This document shows, in pieces, positions 47,260 to 58,968 of a stretch of DNA of 64,000 nt. The translations under genes and the position numbers were made by a program. The notes under the pieces were generated by a model. That model saw only the letters and a program-made list of their open reading frames with translations. It had not been told where the DNA came from and made no database searches. The DNA lies in the NCBI RefSeq assembly GCF_009914755.1, contig NC_060929.1; one strand, 5' to 3'. The first letter of the stretch is position 1; every line of letters begins with the position of its first letter. This stretch comes from the human T2T-CHM13v2.0 reference genome, Homo sapiens.

Positions 47260-49689
47260 GGAGGGTCAAGGCCATGGGTAGCTTAGCCAGGTAGGGCTCA
47301 TTCCACCACCAGACAAACCCACCACCACAGCCCCTAGTATGAGGCCTGCCACACAGTGGGCTCTTAATGTTTGTGAAATGAAGACTTTGTTGGATAAGGG
47401 CCAATATGATGAGAACTAGAGCTATCAGCTGGGCTTACCCTTGAGAGGACTTCACCCAGTAGAACCCAAATTTTTAGATTCTCTTTGACTAGATGAACTT
47501 ACACACAAACACAAAGCAGAGAGTGGGGGTGGGATATGCATATTCAGGTATCCACATAAAACTTCCAGCTTTTTCAATTGCCAAGTGAGGAGAGTAAAAG
47601 AAAATGTCATTTATTTTAATAGTCATTTCATAAAAGAAAGAGCATTTTAGCACCAAAAGGAAGATCATTCCTTTAGAATAAAGGACAGTGTTTAAAATTA
47701 AATAAATCCAGCCTCATTAAAAATTCACTTTGCAGTTCTTTTTTTTTCTCAGCTTGCCACAAATGAAATTCCATCACAGACCTACACCAGTTTGCAAATG
47801 GGCATTTGAAAGCAGCTGCAGGGAAAAAATTTTGGAAGGGAAAAAGCCACTTCATTCTAGGAATAAGGAAGAGAGTATCTGTCGTTGGGAGAGTCTCCCC
47901 CTCCCCTAAATGCCCCAAAGGCCATCAGAACTCCAAGGCTTTATCCTATGACCCTTTCTCTGCCCATAACACAGCCACTGCAGCCTTCTGCCAGGACCCA
48001 CTGAGAGTGAACACAAGGGAGCCTCTTGAGAGATGCCCGCTGTGGCATGAGACTTGCTGATAATAAACAACATGAACCCCTCCCTCTTGTCTCTGCCTTC
48101 CCGACTTCTCTCCCTCTGACCAACTCAATCTCTGCCCACTTCTGCCTCTTGCAAGACCTTTCCTCCTTTGGCACTGATACAAAGTCCGAGAGGCCTTTGC
48201 CACTTCAGTGCCTGTCACTCCCCATCCGCCAGCTTCACCAGATGGCCTGTGGTGTGTGTGGTCCTGTGCATATGCCCACATTCTTCAAGACCCTCTCGCC
48301 CAACCAGAAAGCTACCCCAGGGCTGTGCAAGCAGCATCACTTCCTAAGACCTAAAGTGTCTCTGTGCCTCATCTGTAGGGCCAGGTAAGGTGATCTCCAC
48401 GTTTACTCCCCTATTGCTGGGGAAGCCAGCCAAGGAAGGATGCATGTTCTGCCTGGTGCAAAGTAACCATGGGAGCTTCCCCGCTGGATTCCACAAAGTT
48501 ATCAGGACATGTTGCAAATAGAAGGCCACTCGTGCCCCAAAGCCAAGTCTGACAAAGTCCCTCATGCCTGATAAGAAGTTCTCTCCTATTCGTGAGAAGA
48601 ACTTAGGACCTTGTAGATTGCTGATTGACTTGGTGTTTGCACAGCAGTCTGGAGGACAAAAAAGACCAAATGCCTTAAACACAAGCCAGAGCCTTTGACT
48701 CAGTGAGGTCAATTCTAAAAATTCTAAGAAAACATCAGAGATCCATCCACAATTTAGGTATCAGGATGTTCATTACAGTTATATATGTAGTTTTGGGAAA
48801 ATGGGAAATAATTGACACATTGGAATCTCTTGCAGCTAATAAAGGTTGCCCAGTAAAAGATTTCTTAATGACATTTAAATATAGTCACTGTGTAATGTCA
48901 CTATATAATAATAAGTTGAGATATTAGTTGGTGTTTATTTTTACTATGTAGAAGAATCAGGAAAAATGGGAGCTGTTGTATTTTGTTCTCTCTGAGTTTT
49001 CTTCTCTCCTATATGTGACTGTGCTCACTGGTCTCAGGGGAGATACGTATTGCAGGGAAACCTGCTCTCTGGGTTTTTGTTCCAAATTCTAAATTCACTG
49101 GGGCAATTTGCAGAGGATAGGGAGAAACTATTGATGGGGAGAGACTGAGGTGAGAGAAGAGAGGGCAGGAGAAAGATTTGCGGGACTATCCCCTTGCCTC
49201 TCTTACCACCCAATCCCCTCTGCGCCACAGCCTGATGACGGTCCTCAGGGGAATGGTGGCAGTGTGTCCCAGGGCATTCCACCCTAAGTCCCAGCCCCCT
49301 CTCCCCATCTTGGCAAAGATTCTCTTGGCAAGCCTGGCACAGAAACTGCAGCATGCCCAACTTCAAGGGACTTTGCACATATGGCAATGACTCCACATCA
49401 TGACACACACCAAGGGGCCAAGACAAGACTTGCACTATTTCCAAGCCAGTTCTAGGGAAACTCAAAGGGTGAACATGGAGAGCCCACCAATGAGACAGAG
49501 TAGGTGCATACAATCAGAAAATATTTGGTATAAAGAACTAACCTGCCTCTTCTTACATGTGGCATAAAATTCATACCAAGGATAAAAGCTAAGTGCAAAA
49601 ATAAGTGTGGTCAGTATCTTCCTCATCTTGTATTTTTTAAATGGATGTATATTTATATAGACATACACATACTGGCTAAGATGTATTGA

Positions 49690-49890
49690 CTGTTTACGAG
49701 GTGCTGAGCAGAATCCACTCACTGCCCTAACTCTCTAGAGAGCCCCATGAGGGACAATGCCATTATCCTCATTTTGCAGATCAGGAAACTGCGGCACAAG
49801 GAAACCAAGTCATTCACTTAAGGCTGTGAAACCAACGAGTATCAGAAAGAGGTTTTGAACTCAGGTCTTCTGACTCTAGGGTACCCCTCA
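49690..49890 (+). mobile_element. MIR
   Basis: 'cattatcctcattttgcagatcaggaaactgcggcac...tttgaactcaggtcttctgactc'. Confidence 0.8.
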
Positions 49891-51527
49891 CCTCCTACAG
49901 CCCCCACTGTCAGTGTCACCCCGCTGTGAGTGCCCCTCTGCTGATTAAACTCCCAGAAGTATAGACAGTAAAAGGTTCCTAGTATAACCTTGGTGGTGAA
50001 ATTACAGGAAGTATTAATTTTTCTCTGTGTTCTTGTCTACATTTTCTATTAAATACATATGCATTATTTCCACAATTAGAGAAAAATCCATTGTATTTAA
50101 AACAGAACAGAAAGGCCTTTGTGTTCTCTGAGACTTCAAGATGCTCCCAAAGCTCAGTATGGCCCCACGTGGGGAGTTAGTCCTCCTGCAGCTCAGCCCC
50201 TGCCCGCTCAGGATTCTGCTCCCTTGCTGGGCTCCTGCCCTTTGTGTCCAGGCTGGCTCTTGGGCCAGCAGGACTGAGTCCAGTTGCCTCTTTGGGGCCT
50301 GGGAGAGGGAGCCACATAGAGAGCTTAGCTGAGCAGCCTTCTCTCTCTCTTTGGAGAGCCTAAAAGGGAATGCAAAAGGCAGCTCTTCACAGGCATTTGG
50401 TCTCCCCCATCACCACTCGCAACCCTAAATCTGCTCTCTCACGCTATGGGCAGGCTCCTGGGGGCTGTCAGTCTGCAGAACAGTCAGCTGTGCAGGAGCG
50501 TCCCTCTGAGACCCAAGGCTGAGGGGCAGCAGGCCCTGACCCTAATATCAAGTCCCAGCCAAGGAGACAGACCTCTGCATGGACTAGAACTGGGAAAAGA
50601 GCCTCAGACTCTGCTGAGTGAGGACAGTCTACTGAGAGCTCCCTCAAAAGGGGAGCACACAAATTTCCTAATGATCAGAAACATGTGTGGACATTCCTGA
50701 GAATCCAGATCAGCCTCTGTAGATTGTAGATTCTCTGGGCAGAAAAGCCTTGGGAAGCTTAGCCCCCCACCATCCCATTTACCCTGGAGAGCCCTCCCGT
50801 CTGTTGCACTGTCCAGAAGCCTCTTCCCTCTCCTGGCTGGGATATCTTTCTAACTTGTAATGAAAGTTGCTCTCTCCACTTCTCAATGTGTAGTCTGTCT
50901 TAAGCACTCCATTCCAGGAATTCCAAGAGCCCAGGGGACTCCATTCCAGGAATTCCTGCCTCGGGAGCTTTGCACTTGCTATACCCTCTGCCTGAAACAC
51001 TCTTCATAGGATGAGCTGGGCATCCCTGTGTCAGCTTGAAGTCACTCCTCCAGAGCCTCCTGACTGCCCTGAGTTGACAGCCAGGTCCTGAGCACAGCAT
51101 ATCCCTGCCAAAGGCCACAAACTCAAAAGAAGGAAACTGGCCCAGTGTAGGTGGACAAATGGTCACTGGCACTGGACTCACGGGCTGGATGATGAAGGGG
51201 AGTAGTGGAGACTGTATCAAACCGGAAAGCAGGTGCCCCATCCAAAGAGGGAAGCCACTGCACAGCCTAGCTTGGATGCTGCCTTGTAGAAATATAAACT
51301 GTGTGGCTGAACCTTCAGTTCAGACAGGGAAGAGAAGTCAGAAACCTGGACCTCCATGAGAACTCTTTAGGTTGTTTATATCTGTTGAATACTTCCATGC
51401 ATGCATGTATACCATAGGCACCTACAAAGACTGCTTCCCTGGGGTGAGCTCCGGCACCCCAGCCTGAGCTTCCCCTCACCCTGGCAGCTCCTGGTCCCTC
51501 ACCCCACACCCATGGCCACGTCTTACT

Positions 51528-51636
51528 CCTCTCACACCTATCCTCAGCCCTGCACAGCCAGGCCTTGCCCCTCTCACCCCTGTCCTCAGCCCTGCACAGC
51601 CAGGCCTTTCTCCTTTCACACCTGTCCTTAGCCCTG
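51528..51636. repeat. 42-bp minisatellite, ~2.6 copies
   Basis: cctctcacacct(a/g)tcctcagccctgcacagccaggcctt at 51528, 51570 and 51612. Confidence 0.92.
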
Positions 51637-52590
51637 TGCCCCATGCCCAGCGTGTGCCTGATTGTCCTGGCTCTGGCCTTACCAACACAAGGGGCTAATG
51701 TCCCCACCTGTAACCAGAAAGAAGGAAAGAGCCCAAGGCCCCAAGAGGGTTGCAAAGGCTGCCAACCCCATGTGAGTGCCCGGCAGCCTCTATTGCCAAA
51801 TCACCAGGGAACACAGATAAATGCCACCCCCGCCCCTTGAGTTGGTGAGAGCTATTTCCCACCACATCCTGTCCTCCCACCCACAATCTGCAAACCAGCA
51901 TGTGTGCCTCCATTTCACTAATTGCAGGCTGACTGATGGGGCTGTAACAGCATTCTGGCTTCTGGGTACAGGCAATCAGAAGCCAGGCTGGAGCCTCGGC
52001 AAGGTACTGCCTGGACCCGAATGGGAGCTGACACCTCCCCAGTTCCATGAGCCCTGGGGCCCTTTACCACATAGACTAGAACTGATCCTAACATCTTCCC
52101 CAGCTCTGGAGCTCAGCTCCTAAATTCCCCGGGAAGGGACTTCCTGTTAGAACAAGGCTATCAATCTTCCGACCTCACCAGGCCTCTTCTGACAATCCAG
52201 AGACAGCTGAGATTCCAGCTGTGGGGGAGGTGGGAGGGAGATCATATGACCTTCTTCATTGATTAGTCAGATAAAGTGGTGCCCCCGCCTTGATGCCTGC
52301 TTCCAGGCTGAAATTGATGTGCAAATTCTGGGGTTTGTTCATGAGTTCAACAGTTGCAACAAACACTGCTGACATGGATTGAGTGGTTACAGGGCACTAG
52401 GTGCTCTCCATATATTAGTTCATTTAATTATCACAGCAGCCTTATGAGATTGGCATTCACATCTGCTTTTTATAGATAAGGAAACTGAGGCACAGAGCAG
52501 TTAAGTAACAGTCTTAAAGTCACATGGTCTCTTAGTCCATTTGGGCTGCTATAACAAAACACTGAGTTGCTTATCAAAAACAGAGATTTC

Positions 52591-53085
52591 TTTTTTATTT
52601 TTTTTTTATTATACTTTAAAGTTTTAGGGCACATGTGCACAATGTGCAGGTTAGTTACATATATACATGTGCCATGTTGGTGTGCTGCACCCATTAACTC
52701 ATCATTTAACATTAGGTATATCTCCTAATGTTATCCCTCCCCCGTCCCCCCACCCCACAACAGGCCCCAGAGTGTGATGTTCTCCTTCCTGTGTCCATGT
52801 GTTCTCATTGTTCAATTCCCACCTATGAGTGAGAACATGCGGTGTTTGGTTTTTTGTGATAGTTTGCTGAGAATGATGGTTTCCAGCTTCATCCATGTCC
52901 CTACAAAGGACATGAACTCATCCTTTTTTATGGCTGCATAGTATTCCATGGTGTATATCTGCCACATTTTCTTAATCCAGTCTATCATTGTTGGACATTT
53001 GGGTTGGTTCCAAGTCTTTGCTATTGTGAAGAGTGCTGCAATAAACATACGTGTGCATGTGTCTTTATAGCAGCATGATTTATAA
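52591..53085 (-). mobile_element. 5'-truncated L1PA (younger, about PA4-5)
   Basis: 3'UTR plus the ORF2 terminus [21 protein letters not shown]... Confidence 0.93.
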
Positions 53086-53749
53086 TTTTACTTTGGAGTT
53101 CTGGGATACATGTGCTGAACGTGCAGATTTGTTACATAGGTATACATGTGCCATGGTGGTTTGCTGCACCTATCAACCCATCATCTAGGTTTTAAGCCCC
53201 AAATGCATTAGGTATTTGTCCTAGTGCTCTCCCTCCCCTTTCCCCCAACCCGCTAACAGGCCCAGTGTGTGATGTTCCCTTCCCTGTGTCCATGTGTTCT
53301 CATTGTTCAACTCCCACTTATGAATGAGAACATGCGGTGTTTGGTTTTCTGTTCCTGTGTTAGTTTGCTGAGAATGATGGCTTCCCGCTTCATCCATGTC
53401 CCTGCAAAGGACATGAACTCATTTTTCTTATGGTTTCATAGTATTCCATGGTGTATATATGCCACATTTTCTTTATCCAGTCTATCATTGATGGGCATTT
53501 GGGTTGGTTCCAAGTCTTTGCTATTGTAAATAGTGTTGCAGTAAACACACATACGCATGTGTCTTTATAGCAGAATGATTTATAATCCTTTGAGTATGTA
53601 CCCAGTAATGGGATTGCTGTGTCAAATGATATTTCTGGTTCTAGATCCTGGATGAATTGCCACACTGTCTTCCACTATGGTTGAACTAATATACACTCCC
53701 ACCAACAGTGTAAAAGCATTCCTATTTCCCCCACATCCTCTCCAGCATC
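53086..53749 (-). mobile_element. 5'-truncated L1PA (older, about PA7-8)
   Basis: Second 3'UTR plus ORF2 terminus; outer TSD aacagagatttcttt at ~52579 and ~53753. Confidence 0.93.
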
Positions 53750-54529
53750 AACAACAGAGATTTCTTTCTCACAGTTCTCATGGCTAAGAAGTCCAAGACC
53801 AAGACATCAGCAAATTCAGTGTGTGGTGAAGGCCAGCTTCCTGATTCATAGACACCCGACTTCTTGCTGTGTCTTCCTCACATGAGGAAGAGAAGACAAG
53901 AGGGATCTCTCTGGAGCCTCTTTTATAAGAGTTTTCATCCCATCCATGAGGGCTCAGCCCTCGTAAACCAATTACCTACCCAAAACCCCACAAGTATTCT
54001 CACATTGGGGATTAAGTTTTAATATGTGGATTTTGGGGGGACACAAACATTCTGTCTACAGCATATGGCTGATAAGTGACAGAATTGGTATCTAAATCCA
54101 GGCAGTCTGGTTCCAAAGCCTATACCCTTAACTGCTACCTTGTACTTATCGAAAATCTACTCTAGGTATTGCAGGCGTATATTAATTCACATGGAGACAT
54201 CCTACTCATTGTTATTATTATTGATCTATTATTGAATGAAAAAGAAGTGGCAACAGAATGTATAAGTTTGATCCTTTTGGGAGAAAAAATATATATGAAT
54301 ATATCATTGCAACAGCTAGAACATAAAAAGTAATGTAATGTGACAAGGTGGTGGAGGAGGGTGGCTACAAGTTTACACTTGAGAGTCAGACAGACCTCAG
54401 CTGAATCCAGGAAGCCCCAGTCTCTCCCTGTGTAACTATGTCCAGCAATCACTTGTCCTCACTAAGCCTCAGTTTCCTCATCTGTAAATGAGAGGCTGAA
54501 CCTAAAATCATCAGTGTACAGATCAAACA

Positions 54530-54815
54530 CAAAAGACCATCTAGTATGTTATTCCATTTATATGAAATGTCCAGAAAAGGAAAACTGCAGAGACAGAAAG
54601 TAGATTAGTGGCCACCTGGGGCTGAGGGTAGGAACTAGGATTAACTGTAAATGAGCCTAAGGGGTTTTACTGCGATGATAGAAATATTCTAAAACTGGAC
54701 TATGCTGATGGTTGCACAACTTTTTAAACTCACTAAAAAAACTCTGAATTGAAATGATTAAGGAATTAAAATGGATGGACTTCATATATGGAAATTACAC
54801 CTCAATAAACTTCTA
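54530..54815 (+). mobile_element. L1MB/MC-type 3' end
   Basis: 'ttccatttatatgaaatgtccagaaaagg...gatggttgcacaact...acctcaataaa'. Confidence 0.8.
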
Positions 54816-57800
54816 AAAAATTATGTAAAACTGCTATTACATAGTAGGCCCTCAACAAATAGAGGTGGTTATTACCATTACAATTGTTAATGGAACTATT
54901 AACAGGTTTAGAAAGTGGTATTCCCAATAAATTAAAACATTTTTGCTTATGCTTATCTGTAATTTTTACACTTGTACAAGAAATGTATTTCTTATACAAT
55001 AAAAAGAGAAAGGGAAAAAATCAATTCCATTAAAATATCATGGAAGGAAAGGATCCTATTATCATGGGAATGATTTTAATTTTCCTCCCTTAGCTTATTT
55101 TCCATTTTGCAACAATGAATGTGTACTGCTTGGATAAAATAATGGATTATAGTTTTTCATAAATAGTTTATTTTATATTCCATCTTTTGCTAGACACCAG
55201 GCAGCATATAAGGTGTTCTGAGAGGTTGCCCCCTAGGGTCTTGCCGTCTAGAGTGGAGGCAGGAGAGATAAATGGCCGATCTGGAAAGTTGGAGAACAAG
55301 TAGTTCATGCTAAGAAACCAAATGAGTTGCCCCCAGAAAGGCTAGCGGACCCCAAAGAGGAGGAATGCGCTGGCTCAGGGCCACCCATGCTCTCCTGCGG
55401 CAAGCCTGGAGCAGGGCCTCGGGAGAAAGCCAAAGAGGAGGAATGTCTACATACTCATAAATATGAATTGAGCACTACCTCCATGCCAGACCCTGCGAGG
55501 AGCTGGCGATGCATGGTGACAGGACTGACAAGGTCCCTGCTCTGCGATGCCACACCCCCCGGGCATGGAGGGGTGTCGAGACCCTGCCGCTTCAGCTTGG
55601 CTCTGAGCACAGCATGCACCAATTATCCTTTGTCTGGTCGATGTGCTGGTGCCTGGGGAGGGTGGGGAGGTGGGGAGCCTCCCCAGGGATTCCCTGCTGC
55701 CCAAGCCCTCATCCACAGCTGGGCAAGGGCAAGAATTAGAGAAGGCCCAGAATTACAACAAGTCCTGGGTTCTCATCCTGGCACTTGGTTCCACAGGAGT
55801 AAATCCCTTCCTTGCCGAGACGTCAGTTTCCTCATCTGCATAAAAGAGAGTGTAATGGTCACGCGCCTCCGCAGATCTGTAGCCAGAGCTTCTAGGTTCA
55901 AGCCTGGCTCTGCCACATACCCAGCAACTTGACCTTGGCCAACTTTCTTAGCCTCTGAAAGCTCCAGTTTCCTCTTCTGAGAAAACGGGTGAATTGCTAG
56001 CACCTAACCCAGGGAGGTTTGTGGGGATGGGGAGGACTGAACAAGGTAAAGCATAGAAAGCTCGGAACAGGGTGCCAAGCATATACTTGGCAAATGTAAA
56101 CTACAGCTGCAGCTTACTTCCAAATCTACCACCGGATGGCTCTAGGGGATTCGGAATTCCTGGGGCATCCCAACCTGGAAGATTGTGAGGTAACAGCACC
56201 AGCTTAGCAAAAACATATCTAAAAGGATAGCTAGAATTTGGGAGGGACGGAGGGGCTATAAAACCGGGAGAGGAAAACAAATGATTACGTTCCTCCCATT
56301 AGCTTTGCACGCCCCTTACCCACATACTCAGTCCAGGGCTGACACCTGCTGGCTGAAGAGGAGCATTGCAAAGAAAAGAGACCTTTCCCACTGGCTGGGG
56401 GATCTGAAAGTAATGTTTAACCCCAGAGAGAAAAGACAGGTAGGAGCCTTAGATATGAGGATGAAGGGGCCTGGGATGTTTGCACTGGAAAGGTTTAGGT
56501 AGAAGGAATTTAGGCTGCCCTGGAGCTATGAGACCCAAGTTCAAATCCCAGCTTTTCTACTTACCAGCTGTGAGACTGGATAAACCATTTAACCTCCCCA
56601 GGCCTCAGTTTGCTTATATATGAAACGGGAATAGTAGTGTCTCATTCTATGGTGAAAATGCACATAAAGTGCCCGACAGAGTTGGTGACTCCGTAAAGGT
56701 TACTTTTCCCTCTGGATGTCTCCACCTCACTCCTGGGATCTCAAAGGTGAAGTACTTTGCAGGGGTCCTCAAACTTATTTATGTCACCATCCCCAAGTGC
56801 CTATCAAAAACACAAATGCTCAGGCTCCCCTGATGTTGCTGTGGATCAGCTCTCTAGGGATGACAGCCTAGGTGTCTGTGTTGTACCAAACTCCCAATCC
56901 TTATGCCCCTCCAAGTTTGAGAGCCTCCAGAATCGTGTGAGAGCACCAGGCTAGGAGTCTAGCTTTGTCTCTCCCAGGGGCATTCCCTTGGCCTGTCTCC
57001 ATTTACCCACCCACTAAATGTGGCCAGGAGTCCTGCCTGGCATGCTTCTCAACAGGGAGGGTGCTTTGGAAACTGTGATGCTAATGCTGAAATGAAAAAG
57101 CAGGAGTGTCCAGAATAGTAAGGTACTTGCCCTCATGGGGTCTCTCCTTGAGAATGAGCTTAGGAGATGAAGCCACTAAAGTCAGGGTGGAGATGGAGGG
57201 AGATGATGGAGAGAAGAGGGGAAGCTGGCATAGCTCCTTCAGGGCATCCAGGGGCTGGCTGTGCAGGAATGGATGATCAGGAGCTGGTCACCCATGAGCT
57301 GTGTGACCCATCCCAGCAAGAAGAGGCAGGCAGCAAGGAGAGAATTCCAGCTGTGGGACCCACAGGAGCCCCCACAGTAGAAGCCCGTGGGGAGAGTGAG
57401 AAAGAATCCTGGCTGTGCCTAGAGCGGCAGCCCCTCCACTCCCCTGGGCCCCTCCCAGGTTGCCTTCCTCTCCCCTCCTGGGTGCCTATAACCTGGCTAG
57501 ACTCACAACCTCTACACCCTGGAGGCAGATGGGGTCTTTGTTTTGTGTGTGTGTGTGGACAGTAAAATCAAGGCTTGGAGAAGAGAAAGGAGTCCCTTGC
57601 CCAACTTCTTAATGAATCCTCAGCCCAAACCTCCCTAAATTTTCATGACAATAACAGAGGAGGCTGGTCAAGGATTATTATTTCTGTCACACAGAGGAGA
57701 AATTCAGATCAGAGATGACATGTAATTTATCCAAGAACACACAGGAGAGTTGAGCCTCAGACTAGGCTATCATTACTACCATGCCGCACATACTCATTCC

Positions 57801-58258
57801 TGCTGCAGATAAAAGATTGGGCCAGTGACCCCCTGGGTCACTTCCAACTCTATATTTTCTAATTCCAGAACTGCAATCTATTCTTTCAAATTTATGTCTT
57901 TCTGGTTCCCCCAATGAACCATCAGCTCGAACCAAAATGGCCTCTTCTTGATTCCCTAAACAAACCTGAGACTTCCCACTTATTTTTCTGTTCCAAACCT
58001 CCCCTCACCACACCCAACCACACCCTCATTCTTCCATATTTGTGAACATTCTCCAGTCCTTCAAAGCCCAGCTCAATTCTCACCTGCTCCAGGAAACCTT
58101 CTCTAATCCCCCCAGTGAAAAAATAATATCGACTTGTGTGAACAGGGAAATGGAATCAGAAATACAAGCTATTTAATAAGCATCCCTACCTGGCGCTGTG
58201 CTATGAAACACATATACATGTATTATACGCCTTCTATACATGTACATTATTTGCAGTA

Positions 58259-58968
58259 CAGTTAACCCTTGAACAACGTGGGTGTTAGGGAGCCAACCCC
58301 AGGAACAGTCAAAAATCTCTGTCTAACTTTTGACTTCCCCCAAAACTTAACTGCTAATACCCTACTGTTCACTAGAAGCCATACGGATAACATAAACAGT
58401 CTATTAATACTTTTTTTTTTTTTTAGATGGAGTCTCTCTCTGTCACCCAGGCTGGAGTAATTGGCACGATCTCGGCTCTCTGTAACCTCTGTCTCCCGGG
58501 TTCAAGCGGTTCTCCTGCCTCACCCTCCCAAGTAGCTGGGACTACAGGTGTGTGCCACCACGCCCAGCTAATTTTTGTATTTTTAGTAGAGACAAGGTTT
58601 CACCATGTTGGTCAGGCTGGTCTCGAACTCCTGACCTCATGATCCGACTGCCTCATCCTCCCAAAGTGCTGAGATTACAGGCAGGAGCCACCATGCCTGG
58701 CCAATTAATACACATTTTTATGTATTACATGTATTATATACTGTACTCTTACCCTAAAGTGAGCTAAGGAAGAAAAAAATATATTTACTACTTATTATGT
58801 GGAAGCTGATCATCATAAAAGTCTTTATCCTCATCTTCACATTGAGTAGGAGGAGGAGGAGGAGGAAGAGGGACTGGTCTTGCTGTCTAAGAGGTGGCAG
58901 AGGTAAAAGAACATCTGAGTGTAAGTGGACCCGCACAGTTCCAACCCGGAGTGGTGAAGGGTCACTTG
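58259..58968 (-). mobile_element. Tigger2-derived element split by an Alu
   Basis: TIR-like ends cagttaacccttgaacaac and gtggtgaagggtcacttg. Confidence 0.8.
58410..58702 (-). mobile_element. AluS
   Basis: Reverse Alu; TSD-like attaatac. Confidence 0.94.

Larger units (their letters stand above)
52528..54062 (-). mobile_element. MLT1A/MSTD-type LTR split by two L1 ends
   Basis: 'ttagtccatttgggctgctataacaaaa' resumes at ~53750 and ends 'gggacacaaacattc...tacagca'. Confidence 0.8.
52365..54140 (+). mobile_element. MIR split by nested MLT1 and L1 insertions (pieces at 52365-52527 and 54063-54140)
   Basis: 'gataaggaaactgaggcacagagcagttaagtaac...aaagtcacatgg' resumes as 'gctgataagtgacagaattgg...aatccaggcagtctgg'. 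Confidence 0.8.

Noticed and set aside
55327-55932. 201-aa ORF
   Set aside because: Starts at TTG, has no recognisable domain and ends in MIR-like sequence. The 15-bp repeat caaagaggaggaatg inside it is minor.
56250-56275. TATA box (ggctataaaacc) as a gene promoter
   Set aside because: Isolated motif with no supported exon or CpG island downstream.
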